A stretch of DNA of 64,000 bases from an uncultured Planctomycetota bacterium (GTDB lineage Bacteria > Planctomycetota > Planctomycetia > Isosphaerales > Isosphaeraceae): the NCBI GenBank assembly GCA_963737655.1, contig CAVTTN010000002.1, forward strand, positions 7,200,001-7,264,000, written 5' to 3'. Every line of letters starts with the position of its first letter. Within the stretch, counting starts at the first letter, position 1. Made by a program: the position numbers and the translations under genes. Below, piece by piece: positions 52,851 to 62,790 of the stretch. Under the pieces are notes generated by a model, which worked only from the letters and a program-made list of their open reading frames with translations, did no database searches and had not been told where the DNA came from.

Positions 52851-53510
52851 TTACTTCGCCTCCTTGTCCTTCTCCTTGTCCTCGGCCTTCTTGCCGATGA
52901 CTTCGGGCTGGCTCGGCCCGGTCTCGGCCGGGGTCGGCTCGGCGGCGGCCTTGTGGGTGGTCACGTGGACGAGCGTGAGGTCCGGGTCGGCCTGGGCCGT
53001 CACGCCCTCGGGCAGCTTGAGGTCCCGGATGTGGATGGCCTTGTCCAGGTGAAGCCCGCTGACGTCGATCCGGATCGCGTCGGGGATCGCGGTGGCCCGG
53101 CAATTCACGGTGATCGCGTGGACCAGGAAGTCCAGCGTCCCGCCCTCGGCGAGCCCGGGGGCCTCGCCGTAGAGGACGAGGTTGACGTCGGTCTCGATCC
53201 GTTCGTCGGCCGAGACCCGGGCGAAGTCCAGGTGGAGGATCTCCTTGCCGAGGTGGTCCCACTGGACGTCCCGGACCAGGACCATCTCGGTCGCGTCGCC
53301 GATCTTGAGCGAGGCCACGTGGGTCGATTTCTTGATCATCTGCCAGACGTCGTCCCGGGCGATCGTGATCGGCTGGGGCGTCTGCTTGTGGCCGTAGATG
53401 ATCGCGGGGATCTTGCCCTGGGCCCGGAGCTTCCGGGAGACCCGCGACCCGGTCCCCTTGTTCTTGGCCGGGTCTCTCGCCTCGACCGCGATGGTGACGG
53501 CGTCCGCCAT
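52851..53510 (-). CDS. rplY: 50S ribosomal protein L25/Ctc
   Basis: SRKLRAQGKIPAIIYG and ILHLDF; long (Ctc-type) form. Confidence 0.95.
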   Translation of the reverse strand: MADAVTIAVEARDPAKNKGTGSRVSRKLRAQGKIPAIIYGHKQTPQPITIARDDVWQMIKKSTHVASLKIGDATEMVLVRDVQWDHLGKEILHLDFARVSADERIETDVNLVLYGEAPGLAEGGTLDFLVHAITVNCRATAIPDAIRIDVSGLHLDKAIHIRDLKLPEGVTAQADPDLTLVHVTTHKAAAEPTPAETGPSQPEVIGKKAEDKEKDKEAK

Positions 53511-53584
53511 GACAGAACTGACCTTTCGACGCGACAATCCGCAAAAAAACGAAGAATCGGCCCATCCGGGCCGCGCATCGGGTG

Positions 53585-53613
53585 ATTATGCCGAGGAGGC
53601 AATCGGCACGCAA
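53585..53613 (-). promoter_or_regulatory. Sigma70 promoter of the rplY-pth-rpsF-ssb-rplI cluster
   Basis: Minus strand TTGCGT-17 bp-CATAAT, 75 bp upstream of rplY. Confidence 0.6.
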
Positions 53614-53738
53614 GGCCAGTCGCATTTTTTTCGAGGCCCGATTCGATCCCGCGAACCGAATCCGTCGCAATGTTCGGCCCGCTACCACGAATTCCATCGG
53701 GGAGACGGCCCTGGAGGCTCACCCATTCGAGGCCGGAC

Positions 53739-54368
53739 ATGAGCGAGACGACCGTCGAGGGGAGGAAGGTGCGGTTCGGGCTCCGGGGGCTGATCGTCGC
53801 GGTCCTGGCCGTGGGCGTGACCCTGGGTTGCCTGGCGAGGTGGCATCGCCAGGCCGGCGACCGGGCGGCGATCGTCGCCGAGCTGCAAAAGCTCGGGGTC
53901 CGCCCTCTCCTGGAGGAGCCGACCGGGCTGGGATTCTGGATCAAGAAGCGGATCCCGGGTCGCGAGCCGTGGATTCGCGACCACCTCGGCCCGGGTTGGC
54001 TCGCGGTGCCCACGGTCTTCGTCTGTTCGGGGCTCGACGATGGACGCGCGCCGATCGCCATGGAGGGCTTGAGGAGGCTCGGGACGGTCCGAGAGATTCA
54101 TTTCGAAGGGGCCGGACTCACGAGCGAGGGCGTCGATCGGCTCCGCGCCGGACTGCCCGGGGTCGGCGTGGTCCCGAGATCGAACCCGAGCGAACAACCG
54201 TACTTGCGGAGCAAGACGACCGGCGAACAGTTCGCCCTGGACGGCCTCTTGTTTGAGATCGGCCTGCTTGCGGCGTTGCTGGCCCTGGGTTCGGTAGTCC
54301 TCTGGCCGTTCGTCTCGTATGTTCGTCGGAAGCGACGGGCCGCCGTTCACGCGATCGTGGCCAATTGA
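53739..54368 (+). CDS. Membrane-anchored hypothetical protein
   Basis: RFGLRGLIVAV + TM at the N-terminus, a short LRR-like segment, and a C-terminal TM followed by a basic tail. Confidence 0.65.
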   Translation: MSETTVEGRKVRFGLRGLIVAVLAVGVTLGCLARWHRQAGDRAAIVAELQKLGVRPLLEEPTGLGFWIKKRIPGREPWIRDHLGPGWLAVPTVFVCSGLDDGRAPIAMEGLRRLGTVREIHFEGAGLTSEGVDRLRAGLPGVGVVPRSNPSEQPYLRSKTTGEQFALDGLLFEIGLLAALLALGSVVLWPFVSYVRRKRRAAVHAIVAN

Positions 54369-55246
54369 CGCCAGCCGCCGGGAGGGGCGAGGTGGCCATT
54401 GCGGGCCGGGTCCAGCGCGGCCCGGGCGATCTGGACGCTTTCGAGGAGCCTCGGCCCGGGCCGCGAGAAATAGGCCGAGCCGTCCACCAGCGAGACCCGG
54501 CCTTCCCGGACGGCCCGCAACCCTCGCCATTCGGGCCGGGATACCAGCGCCGATAACTCCTGATCCGAACGTTCGAGCGAAAAGCCGCACGGGCTGAGGA
54601 GGAGGACGTCGGGGTCGGCGGCGGAAACCTCGTCCCAGGCGATCCGCCGGGACGGCTCGCCCGCCTTGCCGAGGACTTCCACGCCCCCGGCCATCGCCAG
54701 GAGGTCGGGGATCCAGTGACCGGCGGCGAACGGCGGGTCGAACCATTCGAGGAGGGCCACCCGGACGGCCGATCCGGGCGACCGGACGCCCTCTCCGGCT
54801 TCCTCGACCCGCCGGGCGAGCGCCTCTCCGGCGTTTCGATCGCCGAGGAGCTCGCCGATCCGGCCAAACATGGCCGAGACGCCGGGCCAGTCGGTCGGGT
54901 TGACGCTTTCGACGACCGGGGAGTTCGGCAGGGCCAGGGCGGATCGCCGGACGGCCCCCTCGTTCACGGCGCAGACGTCGCACTGGCTCTGGGTGAGGAC
55001 CAGATCGGGCCGAAGCGAGGCGAGGAGGTCGGCGTCGAGGTCGTAGAGCAATCCGCCCTGCTCGGCCACGAGGTTGTCAATCTCGGCGCTGGTGGCGGTC
55101 TGGGGGATTCGGCTCCGGGTCAGGTGGGGGAGCGTCTCGACGCCCGGAGGGAAGTCGCACTCGTGGGTCACGCCGACGAGTTCGGCCCGATGTCCCAGGG
55201 CACAAACCAGTTCGGTCAAGGATGGCAAGAGGCTGACGATCCTCAT
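54347..55246 (-). CDS. BtuF-like cobalamin/iron-siderophore binding protein
   Basis: MRIVSLLPSLTE, VGVTHECDFP, TQSQCDVCAV, LEWFDP and YFSRPGPRL. Confidence 0.88.
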   Translation of the reverse strand: MRIVSLLPSLTELVCALGHRAELVGVTHECDFPPGVETLPHLTRSRIPQTATSAEIDNLVAEQGGLLYDLDADLLASLRPDLVLTQSQCDVCAVNEGAVRRSALALPNSPVVESVNPTDWPGVSAMFGRIGELLGDRNAGEALARRVEEAGEGVRSPGSAVRVALLEWFDPPFAAGHWIPDLLAMAGGVEVLGKAGEPSRRIAWDEVSAADPDVLLLSPCGFSLERSDQELSALVSRPEWRGLRAVREGRVSLVDGSAYFSRPGPRLLESVQIARAALDPARNGHLAPPGGWRQLATIA

Positions 55247-55812
55247 GGGGTGGCCTCGGGGAAGATCGTCGAGATGGGGAAGGAAATCTTTGGCAAGGCG
55301 AGCGGCCGGATCGATTCGCCGGGTCCGAAGACCGTTCGCGAGGCGTAGCCGCCGGGCCCGGGGTCGCGGTGGGCCTCGAAGCGACGGCCGGGGATGTTGG
55401 CGATCCAGGATTCCGGGACGCCCGCCGTGCCATACATCAGGAGCTTGGCGTTGCGGTCCTTCGACAGGGTGGAGTCGGAGATCTCGATGACGAGGACTTC
55501 GGACGCATCGGGCCAACGTTTCGAGTAGTCTCGATCCTTCAACCACAGGGCAGCGGGCAAGGGGAGGCTCTGGACGTTTGACAGATCAACCCCGCCCTTG
55601 ATCCGAATCCGGACCTGATCGGCGGGGACGTTCCGATGGCTCCACTCGGCCAGGAGATCGGAGGCGAATTCGCGGAAGGGCGACTCCACCGGCATCTCGA
55701 CGATCTCCCCCAGGATCAGCTCGAATCGCCTGGGGTCGCCGTCGGCGAAGAGCTCGCCCCGGGCGATCATGGCCTCGTATTCGTCGAAGGTGGCGCGGAC
55801 GGTCGTGCGGAT
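55243..55812 (-). CDS. Uma2-family (DUF820) endonuclease-like protein, degenerate
   Basis: FELILGEIVEM, VIEISDSTL and YGTAGVPESWI; the canonical PD motif reads PA, and the best-placed start codon is ATC. Confidence 0.7.
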   Translation of the reverse strand: MRTTVRATFDEYEAMIARGELFADGDPRRFELILGEIVEMPVESPFREFASDLLAEWSHRNVPADQVRIRIKGGVDLSNVQSLPLPAALWLKDRDYSKRWPDASEVLVIEISDSTLSKDRNAKLLMYGTAGVPESWIANIPGRRFEAHRDPGPGGYASRTVFGPGESIRPLALPKISFPISTIFPEATP

Positions 55813-55831
55813 GTCGGGGCTCCTTCATTCC

Positions 55832-55857
55832 GTAGGCCCGACTGAAGTCGGACCTAC
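55832..55857. repeat. GTAG-type REP-like hairpin
   Basis: gtaggcccgac-tgaa-gtcggacctac, with one mismatch. Confidence 0.55.
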
Positions 55858-55934
55858 TCATCCCATCTCTCCCTGTGGGAGAGCTTTCCGAATCGCCTCT
55901 CGGCGCTCGATCCGGACGAAAACCGCAGGGGCGA

Positions 55935-57173
55935 TCAGCCCGGCCGGGTGATCTCGGTGGTGGGGCCGACCGAGACGATCGTCATCGGCACGAGCGGCCA
56001 TTGTTCGAGGACCCGGCGGAGGTCGGTGAGGGTCACGGCGGAGTAGGCCTCGACCTCGTTTTCGACGGGCAGGTGCTCGCGGCGGTAGGCCCAGTGGAAG
56101 CCCAGGGACATCAGCCGGCCCATCGGCCGTTCGCTCCTCAGGACGGTCCGGGCCATGACCTTGTTGCGGGCCTGGGTGAGCTCCTCGTCGGTCAGTCCCT
56201 CGGCCATCACGGATCGGTAGAGGTCGGTGATCCGTCGGAGGTTGGCCTGGGCCTCGTCGGGGTCGCAGCTCAGGAAGGTGTAGAAGGCGCCCCCGCCGTT
56301 GTAGTCCTGGTACGAGACCTCCACGCCGTCGGCCAGGCCCGGGTCGATCAGGGCCCAGTAGAGGCGGGAGCCGGTGTGGTCGCCGAGGATGGCGGCGAGG
56401 ATCTGGGCGGCGAAGCGGTCGGGGCTCTCGAGCGAGGGGCCGTCGGCGACGCCCAGGACGGTCTGCTGATTGTCCTCGGCCCGGAGCAGGGCCTGGAACT
56501 CGGACTGGCCCTTGGGCCGGACGACCTGGCGGTCGGTCATCGGGCCCATCCACGAGCCGCAGCGACTGGCGGCCACGTCCAGGAGCCTCGCCCAGTCCCC
56601 CCGGCCGGCGAAGGCCAGGACGATGTTCGCCGGGCTGTACTTGGCCTCGAAATACGCCTTCATCTGGGCCGAGCTCATGGCCGTGATCGACTCGACGCTG
56701 CCGAGGATGCTCCGGCCCAGGGGGTGGGGGCCGAAGTGGGCCGCCTTGGCCGCCTCGTAGGCCACGCTCATCGGGTTGTCGAGATACATGCGGATTTCTT
56801 CGATGATGACTTTCTTCTCGGTCTCGAAGTCGTCCTCGCGGAGGCTGGGGCGGAGGATGTCGGCGAGGACCTCGAACGCCTTGTCGTGGTACTCGGGCAG
56901 GCAGGTGGCGTAATAGACCGTGTCCTCCTCGGAGGTCTGCGCGTTGTGCTTGGCGCCCACGCGGTCGAAGTCGCGATTGACGGCCAGGGCGTCGCGCCGG
57001 GGGGTGCCCTTGAAGACCATGTGTTCGAGGAAGTGCGAGAGGCCGGCGATCTCATCCGTCTCGTCGCGGCTGCCGGCCTTGACGAAGAAGCCCGAGGAGA
57101 TCGAATGGGCCGAGTCGTTCAGCTCGGCGATGACCTGGAGGCCGTTGGGAAGGGTCGCGTGATGGAAGGGCAT
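55935..57173 (-). CDS. M16 (pitrilysin-family) zinc peptidase, catalytic subunit
   Basis: HFLEH inverted zinc motif, NAQTS and EKKVIIEE. Confidence 0.93.
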   Translation of the reverse strand: MPFHHATLPNGLQVIAELNDSAHSISSGFFVKAGSRDETDEIAGLSHFLEHMVFKGTPRRDALAVNRDFDRVGAKHNAQTSEEDTVYYATCLPEYHDKAFEVLADILRPSLREDDFETEKKVIIEEIRMYLDNPMSVAYEAAKAAHFGPHPLGRSILGSVESITAMSSAQMKAYFEAKYSPANIVLAFAGRGDWARLLDVAASRCGSWMGPMTDRQVVRPKGQSEFQALLRAEDNQQTVLGVADGPSLESPDRFAAQILAAILGDHTGSRLYWALIDPGLADGVEVSYQDYNGGGAFYTFLSCDPDEAQANLRRITDLYRSVMAEGLTDEELTQARNKVMARTVLRSERPMGRLMSLGFHWAYRREHLPVENEVEAYSAVTLTDLRRVLEQWPLVPMTIVSVGPTTEITRPG

Positions 57174-57331
57174 CGGGGTTCCCTGGGGGGCGAGAGGCAC
57201 CAATTCAATTCGGGTCGGCGGCGGAGGGTCCCTCCGGGCGCCCGTTTCGTTGCTCTGATGATACCTGATGACCGGGCGGAGGTCGCGAGGGCCGCGAAAC
57301 CTCGAAGATCCTGCATTTCACGCACCCCGGG

Positions 57332-58120
57332 TCAGAAGTCCCGGACCCTCACCGGGACGATGCCCGATCGGCCCGCCACGTACTTCAGGAGGTCGGGGTC
57401 ATCCGGCCTGGGGTTGAGGAAGAAGTTGTGGGACGTCCATTCGGAGCCGTCGCGGAAGGTGATCTTGAAGCGTTTGTCGGGGAGTTGATCGTTGTGGACC
57501 CATCGGAAACCATCGACGTATTCGAGTTTTACGACATCCGAATACGGACGTTCCTGGGCCCGGTCGATCAGGAGCCCTCGGTGGACGATGCGATCGGGGG
57601 TGAAGGCGGTCAGGCGGCCGAGGAAGGCCATGTCGAAATCGAGGCAGAGCGGGACGATCCAGACGAACATCAGGTAGAACTGCGTCCGGGCATCCATCTT
57701 GTAATGGGCATCGCCGACCGCCATGACCTCGCGAAAACGGCGGCCGAACCAGAGCCAGGTCAGGCCGATCATGACCGGCCCGGTCAGGGTGATCCCGGCG
57801 AATGTGGCGGGGATCATGTGGACCACCCGCGTCGGCCGGCGGACGAACACCGCGCCGGGGATGGCTGGCAAGGTGGCGTCCTGGAGCCAGAAGAACAGGA
57901 GGAACCACGCCGCGGTCAGGACCGGCCAGAGCGCGATCCCGACGAGCGTCCCCACCACGTTCACCCGCTTCGCCAGCCTCCGCCGGGTCTCGGCATCGAG
58001 GTGGGAGAGATCGACGTGGGGGCGGGGCGGCCAGCGCTTTTCCAGCCATTTGAAGAAGACGTGGAGCAGGAGGATCTGGGAGAACGTCCAGACGATCCCC
58101 TCGGCCAGCTCGCGAGTCAC
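57332..58120 (-). CDS. Multi-TM hypothetical membrane protein
   Basis: GTG overlaps the Uma2 stop; about four hydrophobic helices, then a soluble C-terminal region. Confidence 0.6.
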   Translation of the reverse strand: MTRELAEGIVWTFSQILLLHVFFKWLEKRWPPRPHVDLSHLDAETRRRLAKRVNVVGTLVGIALWPVLTAAWFLLFFWLQDATLPAIPGAVFVRRPTRVVHMIPATFAGITLTGPVMIGLTWLWFGRRFREVMAVGDAHYKMDARTQFYLMFVWIVPLCLDFDMAFLGRLTAFTPDRIVHRGLLIDRAQERPYSDVVKLEYVDGFRWVHNDQLPDKRFKITFRDGSEWTSHNFFLNPRPDDPDLLKYVAGRSGIVPVRVRDF

Positions 58121-58728
58121 GGGAGCAGGTCCCGGACGGCCAATCGGGCGATTTCCCGGCCTTCGAGGACCACGGGGAGCTGGTCGTCGGGGCCGAAGTG
58201 CTGGACGGAGCGATAGTGGGGCGTCTCCGAGGGCCCGGACGGGTCGCTGTAGACCTCGGCCCGCCCCTCGACGAGATTCGCGATCCAGTAGCAGACGATC
58301 GAGGCCCTCGCGTAAGCGCGGAGCTTGATCCCCCGGTCCCGATTGAGGCTGGAGACCGAGACCTCGACCATCAGGGCGACGTCCGAGGGATCGGGCAGGC
58401 GACCTCGATACTCGTCGTCTGTGCCTCGGAGGACCATGCAATCCGGCTCGGGCACGCTGTCGATCGTCCGGATGGGATCCTCTCGGGTCACGTGCCAGCC
58501 TTCCGGCAACGCGCCCGCGAGTGCCCAGAAGAACCGCTTCGTGGAGAAGATGCGGGGGGCGTTCTTGGACATCTTGGCAAGAAGCACTCCTTCGATGAGT
58601 TCCACCGGCACATCGTCGGCAATCACCCCGGTCCGAATCGCTTCGAGATAGCTCTCGACCGAGAGGCGATCGAAGGGGCCTTCGATCGAAGGGGCTTCGA
58701 GGATCGGCTCGCTGAGACCCATCGACAT
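58117..58728 (-). CDS. Uma2-family (DUF820) endonuclease-like protein
   Basis: VELIEGVL, SVPEPD, MVEVSVSSL and YARASIVCYWI. Confidence 0.9.
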   Translation of the reverse strand: MSMGLSEPILEAPSIEGPFDRLSVESYLEAIRTGVIADDVPVELIEGVLLAKMSKNAPRIFSTKRFFWALAGALPEGWHVTREDPIRTIDSVPEPDCMVLRGTDDEYRGRLPDPSDVALMVEVSVSSLNRDRGIKLRAYARASIVCYWIANLVEGRAEVYSDPSGPSETPHYRSVQHFGPDDQLPVVLEGREIARLAVRDLLP

Positions 58729-58756
58729 GGCAGGTTCCTCGTCAACGGCGAGCGAG

Positions 58757-59998
58757 TCACTCGGGGACGTCCAGCGCCTTGGGCCCGAGCGTGAGGATGG
58801 TCATGGCGTCGAGCGGCTGCCTCGCGGCGAATTCGGAGACGACCTGGGGCGTCAGGGCGTCGAGCTCGGCGGTGATCTCTTCGAGGGGGCGGACCCGGCC
58901 GAGGTAGTACCAGTCCCCGGCGAGCGAGGCGGACCGGCCCATCGTCGATTCTTGCTGCATAATCAGGCCGCTCTTGAGGCCCGCTCGCATCATGTCGAGC
59001 TCCTCGGCCTCGACGCCCTCGCGGGCCAGGCGGTGGACCTCGGCGAGCGTCACGTCGAGCGTTTCCTGGGCGCGGTCGGCGGAGGTCCCGGCGTAGCAGA
59101 CCACGGCCGCGCGGTCCTTGAACCCTTCGTAACTGCCGTAGACCGAGTAGCACAGCCCTCGCTTCTCCCGGACCTCGGTGAAGAGGCGGGCCGAGGCGTA
59201 GCCGCCGAGGATGGCCGAGGCGGCGCGGGCCGGGTAATAGTCGGGGCTTTCGATCGTGGCGGTGGGGTAGGCCAGGGCGATCTGGATCTGCTGGGTGTCC
59301 TTGAGGATGTGATCGCGGCGAGGGCCGCCCGGCCGGAGCTGGACGGTCGGCTCGGGCCGGGGGGACCAGTCGCCGAAGAGGCGGCCGATGGAGTCTCGTA
59401 GCGAGGGGAAGTCGATCGCTCCGGCCACGGCCAGGATCGACCCGTTGGGCCGATAGGCCGAGTCGAAGAACTCGCGGAGGACCTCGGGACTGGCGGCCTC
59501 GACCCCTTCGGGCGAGCCCATCGAGGGGCGGCCCCACGGGTCGGGGAAGTGGCGGCGGCGGAGTTCGACGATCACCTTGCTGCCGGGGTCATCCTCGAGG
59601 CTCTGCAACGCCTGGGCGGCCAGGGCCCGGATCGGCTCGACGTCCTCGTCGTCGAGATGGGGCCTCAGCACGATGTCGGCGAAGACTTCCAGGGCCGGGA
59701 CGAGGTTGCGCCCGAGCGTCGCCGCCGAGAGGCTGGTGTGGACCGCCTGGGCCGATTCGCCGTGGGTCACGCCGAGGTTGTCCAGGGCGGTCAGGAGGTT
59801 GCGGCTGTCCCTGGCTCCGGCCCCCCGGGTGATCCACTCGGAGACCATCGTGGCCGTCCCCCCCAGGCCCTCGGGCTCGAAGGCCGAGCCCGCCGGCAGG
59901 AGGAACGAGAACGCGGCCGACTGCACGCCGGGCATCGACTCGGCGACCAGGACCAGGCCATTGGCGTAGACGTGATGGGCGATCGACGATTCGGACAC
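58757..59998 (-). CDS. M16 peptidase, non-catalytic subunit
   Basis: M16 fold without HXXEH; ARLFTEVREKRGLCYSV (R/Y pair). Confidence 0.9.
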   Translation of the reverse strand: MSESSIAHHVYANGLVLVAESMPGVQSAAFSFLLPAGSAFEPEGLGGTATMVSEWITRGAGARDSRNLLTALDNLGVTHGESAQAVHTSLSAATLGRNLVPALEVFADIVLRPHLDDEDVEPIRALAAQALQSLEDDPGSKVIVELRRRHFPDPWGRPSMGSPEGVEAASPEVLREFFDSAYRPNGSILAVAGAIDFPSLRDSIGRLFGDWSPRPEPTVQLRPGGPRRDHILKDTQQIQIALAYPTATIESPDYYPARAASAILGGYASARLFTEVREKRGLCYSVYGSYEGFKDRAAVVCYAGTSADRAQETLDVTLAEVHRLAREGVEAEELDMMRAGLKSGLIMQQESTMGRSASLAGDWYYLGRVRPLEEITAELDALTPQVVSEFAARQPLDAMTILTLGPKALDVPE

Positions 59999-60140
59999 GG
60001 CGGCCTCGACGGCAGGGGGGTGACTCGCGGCAATCCGGGGAATTCTACCGGAGGACCGGGCGAAATGCTCGGCTGGATCGACGCTCGGCTCTCGTCTCAG
60101 CGAGGGAAGGCTCTCGGTTCACCGCGCCATCTGGCCAGAA

Positions 60141-60672
60141 CTACCCATCCACGGCCTTGTAAAGCGTCTTGGCGCGACGGAAGCCGGCTTCGCGGTAGAG
60201 ACGGACGGCCCCGGCGTTCTCGGCGGTGACTTCGAGGTAGGCGCGGATCACGCCGGCGCCTCGGAACCCGGCCAGGGCCTGGCGGACCAGGGCGCGGCCC
60301 AGGCCGAGCCCCTCGGTAGCACGGGACCACGCCGAGGTTCTGGATCGCGCCGATCGGCCCGCGGTCGATGACCCCTTGCACCGTACCGACATACCCTTCC
60401 TCGCTGGCGATCAGCCAGGTGGAACCGGGGTGGAAGCCGGGCTTGCGGCGGATCTCCCTCATGAGCCTCTGGCAGCCGAAGCGGTCCCCCAGGCAGGGGA
60501 AGACCTGGGCATCGATCTCCTCGCGGAAGGCGAGGAACTTGACCTCCGCGTGGCGGTCAATGAGCGATTCCTGCCAGGGGACCCAGCAGAATTCCGAGGG
60601 CAATTGCGGAGGAGGGATGGACCGGTCGAGGTCCACCTCCATCCGGAAGCGCTTGTAATACGTGATCGCCAT
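60141..60672 (-). CDS. GNAT-family acetyltransferase, with an apparent frameshift near 60312
   Basis: MAITYYKRFRME...GAIQNLGVVPCYRG, then GLGRAL...LEVTAENAGAVRLY...GF in the adjacent frame. Confidence 0.85.
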
Positions 60673-61143
60673 CGGGCTGGGGACGGTCCGGGCCGTCGGG
60701 AGCGGGAGCCGCCCGATTCTAATGGCCGCGCCTCGCCAGGGTCAACGCCCGGACCGGCGGAACCGGGCCGTTTCCGCGTCGGGACACTCAAAGGTTGCCG
60801 GGATGTTGGGTGGCCCAGCTTCCCGCTTCGGAACCGGCGCGCCCTCCCGAAGGGGTTTCCGAAGACACGACCCGGGCCCTCCCAAAACCCGTCGAAGGAC
60901 CGCCTGCTCGAGACCAAAATGGCCCCGCTGGCGGAACCCGGATCGATCCCGGCGTCGGGCCGGTTCGGGGCCTTCCCGAGGGTCCGATGGCGGATCAGAC
61001 ACCTGGTTTGCCCGTCGGACGCGGCCTCTCGCGTGAACGTTCGTGAGTTCCGAACCGGGTCATCCCCGCTTGCCCGAGCGGCAAACTCCCGGGGTTTTTC
61101 GAGGACGAACGAATTTCTACGGGGCAATCGGAGACTTTGTGAC

Positions 61144-61170
61144 GGAAATCTCCGAAAAAAGTCTCGTCTA
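61144..61170 (+). promoter_or_regulatory. Possible ECF-type promoter upstream of the DUF1559 gene
   Basis: GGAAAT-16 bp-GTCTA within an AT-richer patch. Confidence 0.3.
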
Positions 61171-61338
61171 CCTCCCGTTTGACGCTTATTCTACAGAAGG
61201 GGTGGTCCATTCGCAGAGACATTGATGCCTGATTGCTTGAAGACAACGGTGGCTGCCCTCTCCGGGCGCCGGCGAAGTCTCCCGTCCGGAGGCCCGTCGG
61301 CGCGTTTCGCGATTTTCGTCAGTCAGAAGGAGAAGCCG

Positions 61339-62379
61339 ATGCGTTCTCGCTCCCGGGGCTTTACCCTGATCGAGCTGCTGGTGGTCATCGCGATCATCGG
61401 CGTCTTGATCGCCCTGCTTCTGCCGGCCGTCCAGGCCGCGCGTGAGGCGGCCCGTCGTGCCCAGTGCACGAACAACATGAAGCAGCTTGGCCTGGCGATC
61501 CACAACTACGTCTCGGCCAACGACGCGCTGCCGCCCGGCGGCGAGGTCTACTCCAACGAGTACCCGGCCTTCGGCTGGGCCACCGGGCCGCAGAACCACT
61601 CCATGAAGGTGCGGATCCTGCCGTACCTGGAGGGGACCAACGCCTACAATTCCGTGAACTTCAACGTCAGCGCCGTGTGGAACACCGGGCCGGCGTCGCT
61701 GGTCGATGGGTTCAACATCAACTACACGATCCGGCACACGAAGATCAACAGCTACGTCTGCCCGTCGGACACCAACGACCCGGGCCAGGGCAGCGACCCC
61801 TCCACGCCCGCGACGAGCTATTGCAACAACCTCGGGCTGAACCGGTACAACAGCAACTGGTCCGCCTCGGGCCCGACCTACTACCAGGGCCACGACAGCG
61901 GCCTGAGCCCGACCCGGACCTTCGCCACCATCACCGACGGCCTGTCCAACACGGCGATGTTTAGCGAATGGGTCAAGGGCTTCGGCCAGATGCAGCGCGA
62001 CGGCCTGAACATGGTCTACACGATCCCCAACGGCGTGACCACGTTCCCCCAGGGCACCTTCGGCGCCGATTACCAGCTCGCCAACCTCTGCCAGGGCACC
62101 AACGTCCGCTCCTGGGACTACAAGGGCGAGGTCTGGACGATGCACGACTCGGGCCGGGGCGGCGGCTACTTCCACATCAACGCCCCGAACCGAAAGAGCT
62201 GCCAGTGCTGCGGTTATGACACCATCATCACCGCCGGCAGCTACCACCCGGGCGGCGTGAACGTCCTGCTCCTGGACGGCTCGGTCAAGTTCGTCAAGAG
62301 CGGGATCAACCTGCTGACCTGGCAGGCCATCGGCACGATCAACTGGGGCGAAGTCGTCCCCGGCGACGCCTTCAATTGA
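61339..62379 (+). CDS. DUF1559 prepilin-type N-terminal cleavage/methylation protein with H-X9-DG motif
   Basis: [14 protein letters not shown]...[29 protein letters not shown] and [23 protein letters not shown]. Confidence 0.96.
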   Translation: MRSRSRGFTLIELLVVIAIIGVLIALLLPAVQAAREAARRAQCTNNMKQLGLAIHNYVSANDALPPGGEVYSNEYPAFGWATGPQNHSMKVRILPYLEGTNAYNSVNFNVSAVWNTGPASLVDGFNINYTIRHTKINSYVCPSDTNDPGQGSDPSTPATSYCNNLGLNRYNSNWSASGPTYYQGHDSGLSPTRTFATITDGLSNTAMFSEWVKGFGQMQRDGLNMVYTIPNGVTTFPQGTFGADYQLANLCQGTNVRSWDYKGEVWTMHDSGRGGGYFHINAPNRKSCQCCGYDTIITAGSYHPGGVNVLLLDGSVKFVKSGINLLTWQAIGTINWGEVVPGDAFN

Positions 62380-62599
62380 TACCCCTGGGGAAGGGGACGG
62401 CCGCGCAAGCGGTTGCCCGATGAACCTTCGGGTTCCTTCCCTCCGCCCGTCGATGGTAGGTCCGGTCGCGGGTGCCCCCCGCTCGCTCCGGGCCGACCCG
62501 GCCCTCCCCGTCTCGGGGACCGTTCTCTTCTCGGGCGATCTGATCCCGGATGGGCCTCGCCGCTCTCGGCGGGTCGAGGCCCCGGGTGCTATTCTTAAA

Positions 62600-62754
62600 G
62601 AATTCATCGAGAGACCAACCCGGCCGCTCAGGGGATCAGGCGGGAGTGCCCCGGCCGGGCCGCAGCGAGAGAGTGGACCCCCCACCAACGTTGTGATCAA
62701 CCCCGCCTGCCGGGGCGTCGGCCAGAGAACGCCGGCGGCCCCGGCTTCTTCGTT
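62600..62754 (+). ncRNA. Candidate structured small RNA (6S-like rod)
   Basis: Extended -10 TGcTATTCT (62587-95); long-range pairings caggcggg/cccgcctg and ggccg/cggcc; a hairpin plus T-rich tail at 62731-62754; no credible ORF. Confidence 0.4.
62731..62754 (+). terminator. Possible intrinsic terminator
   Basis: GCCGG-cggcc-CCGGC-TTCTTCGTT. Confidence 0.4.
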
Positions 62755-62790
62755 CCCGGGGCTGCGACGCGATCGGTCCGGCCCGGACGA

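Noticed and set aside
57250..57305. Hammerhead-like CTGATGA...CGAAA
   Set aside because: No stem II closes directly between the core motifs, and stems I/III cannot be formed.
61080..61135. c-di-GMP-I riboswitch-like GGCAAACTC...GAGGACG
   Set aside because: It lacks the GNRA loop, the GCAAA junction and a convincing P3 stem.
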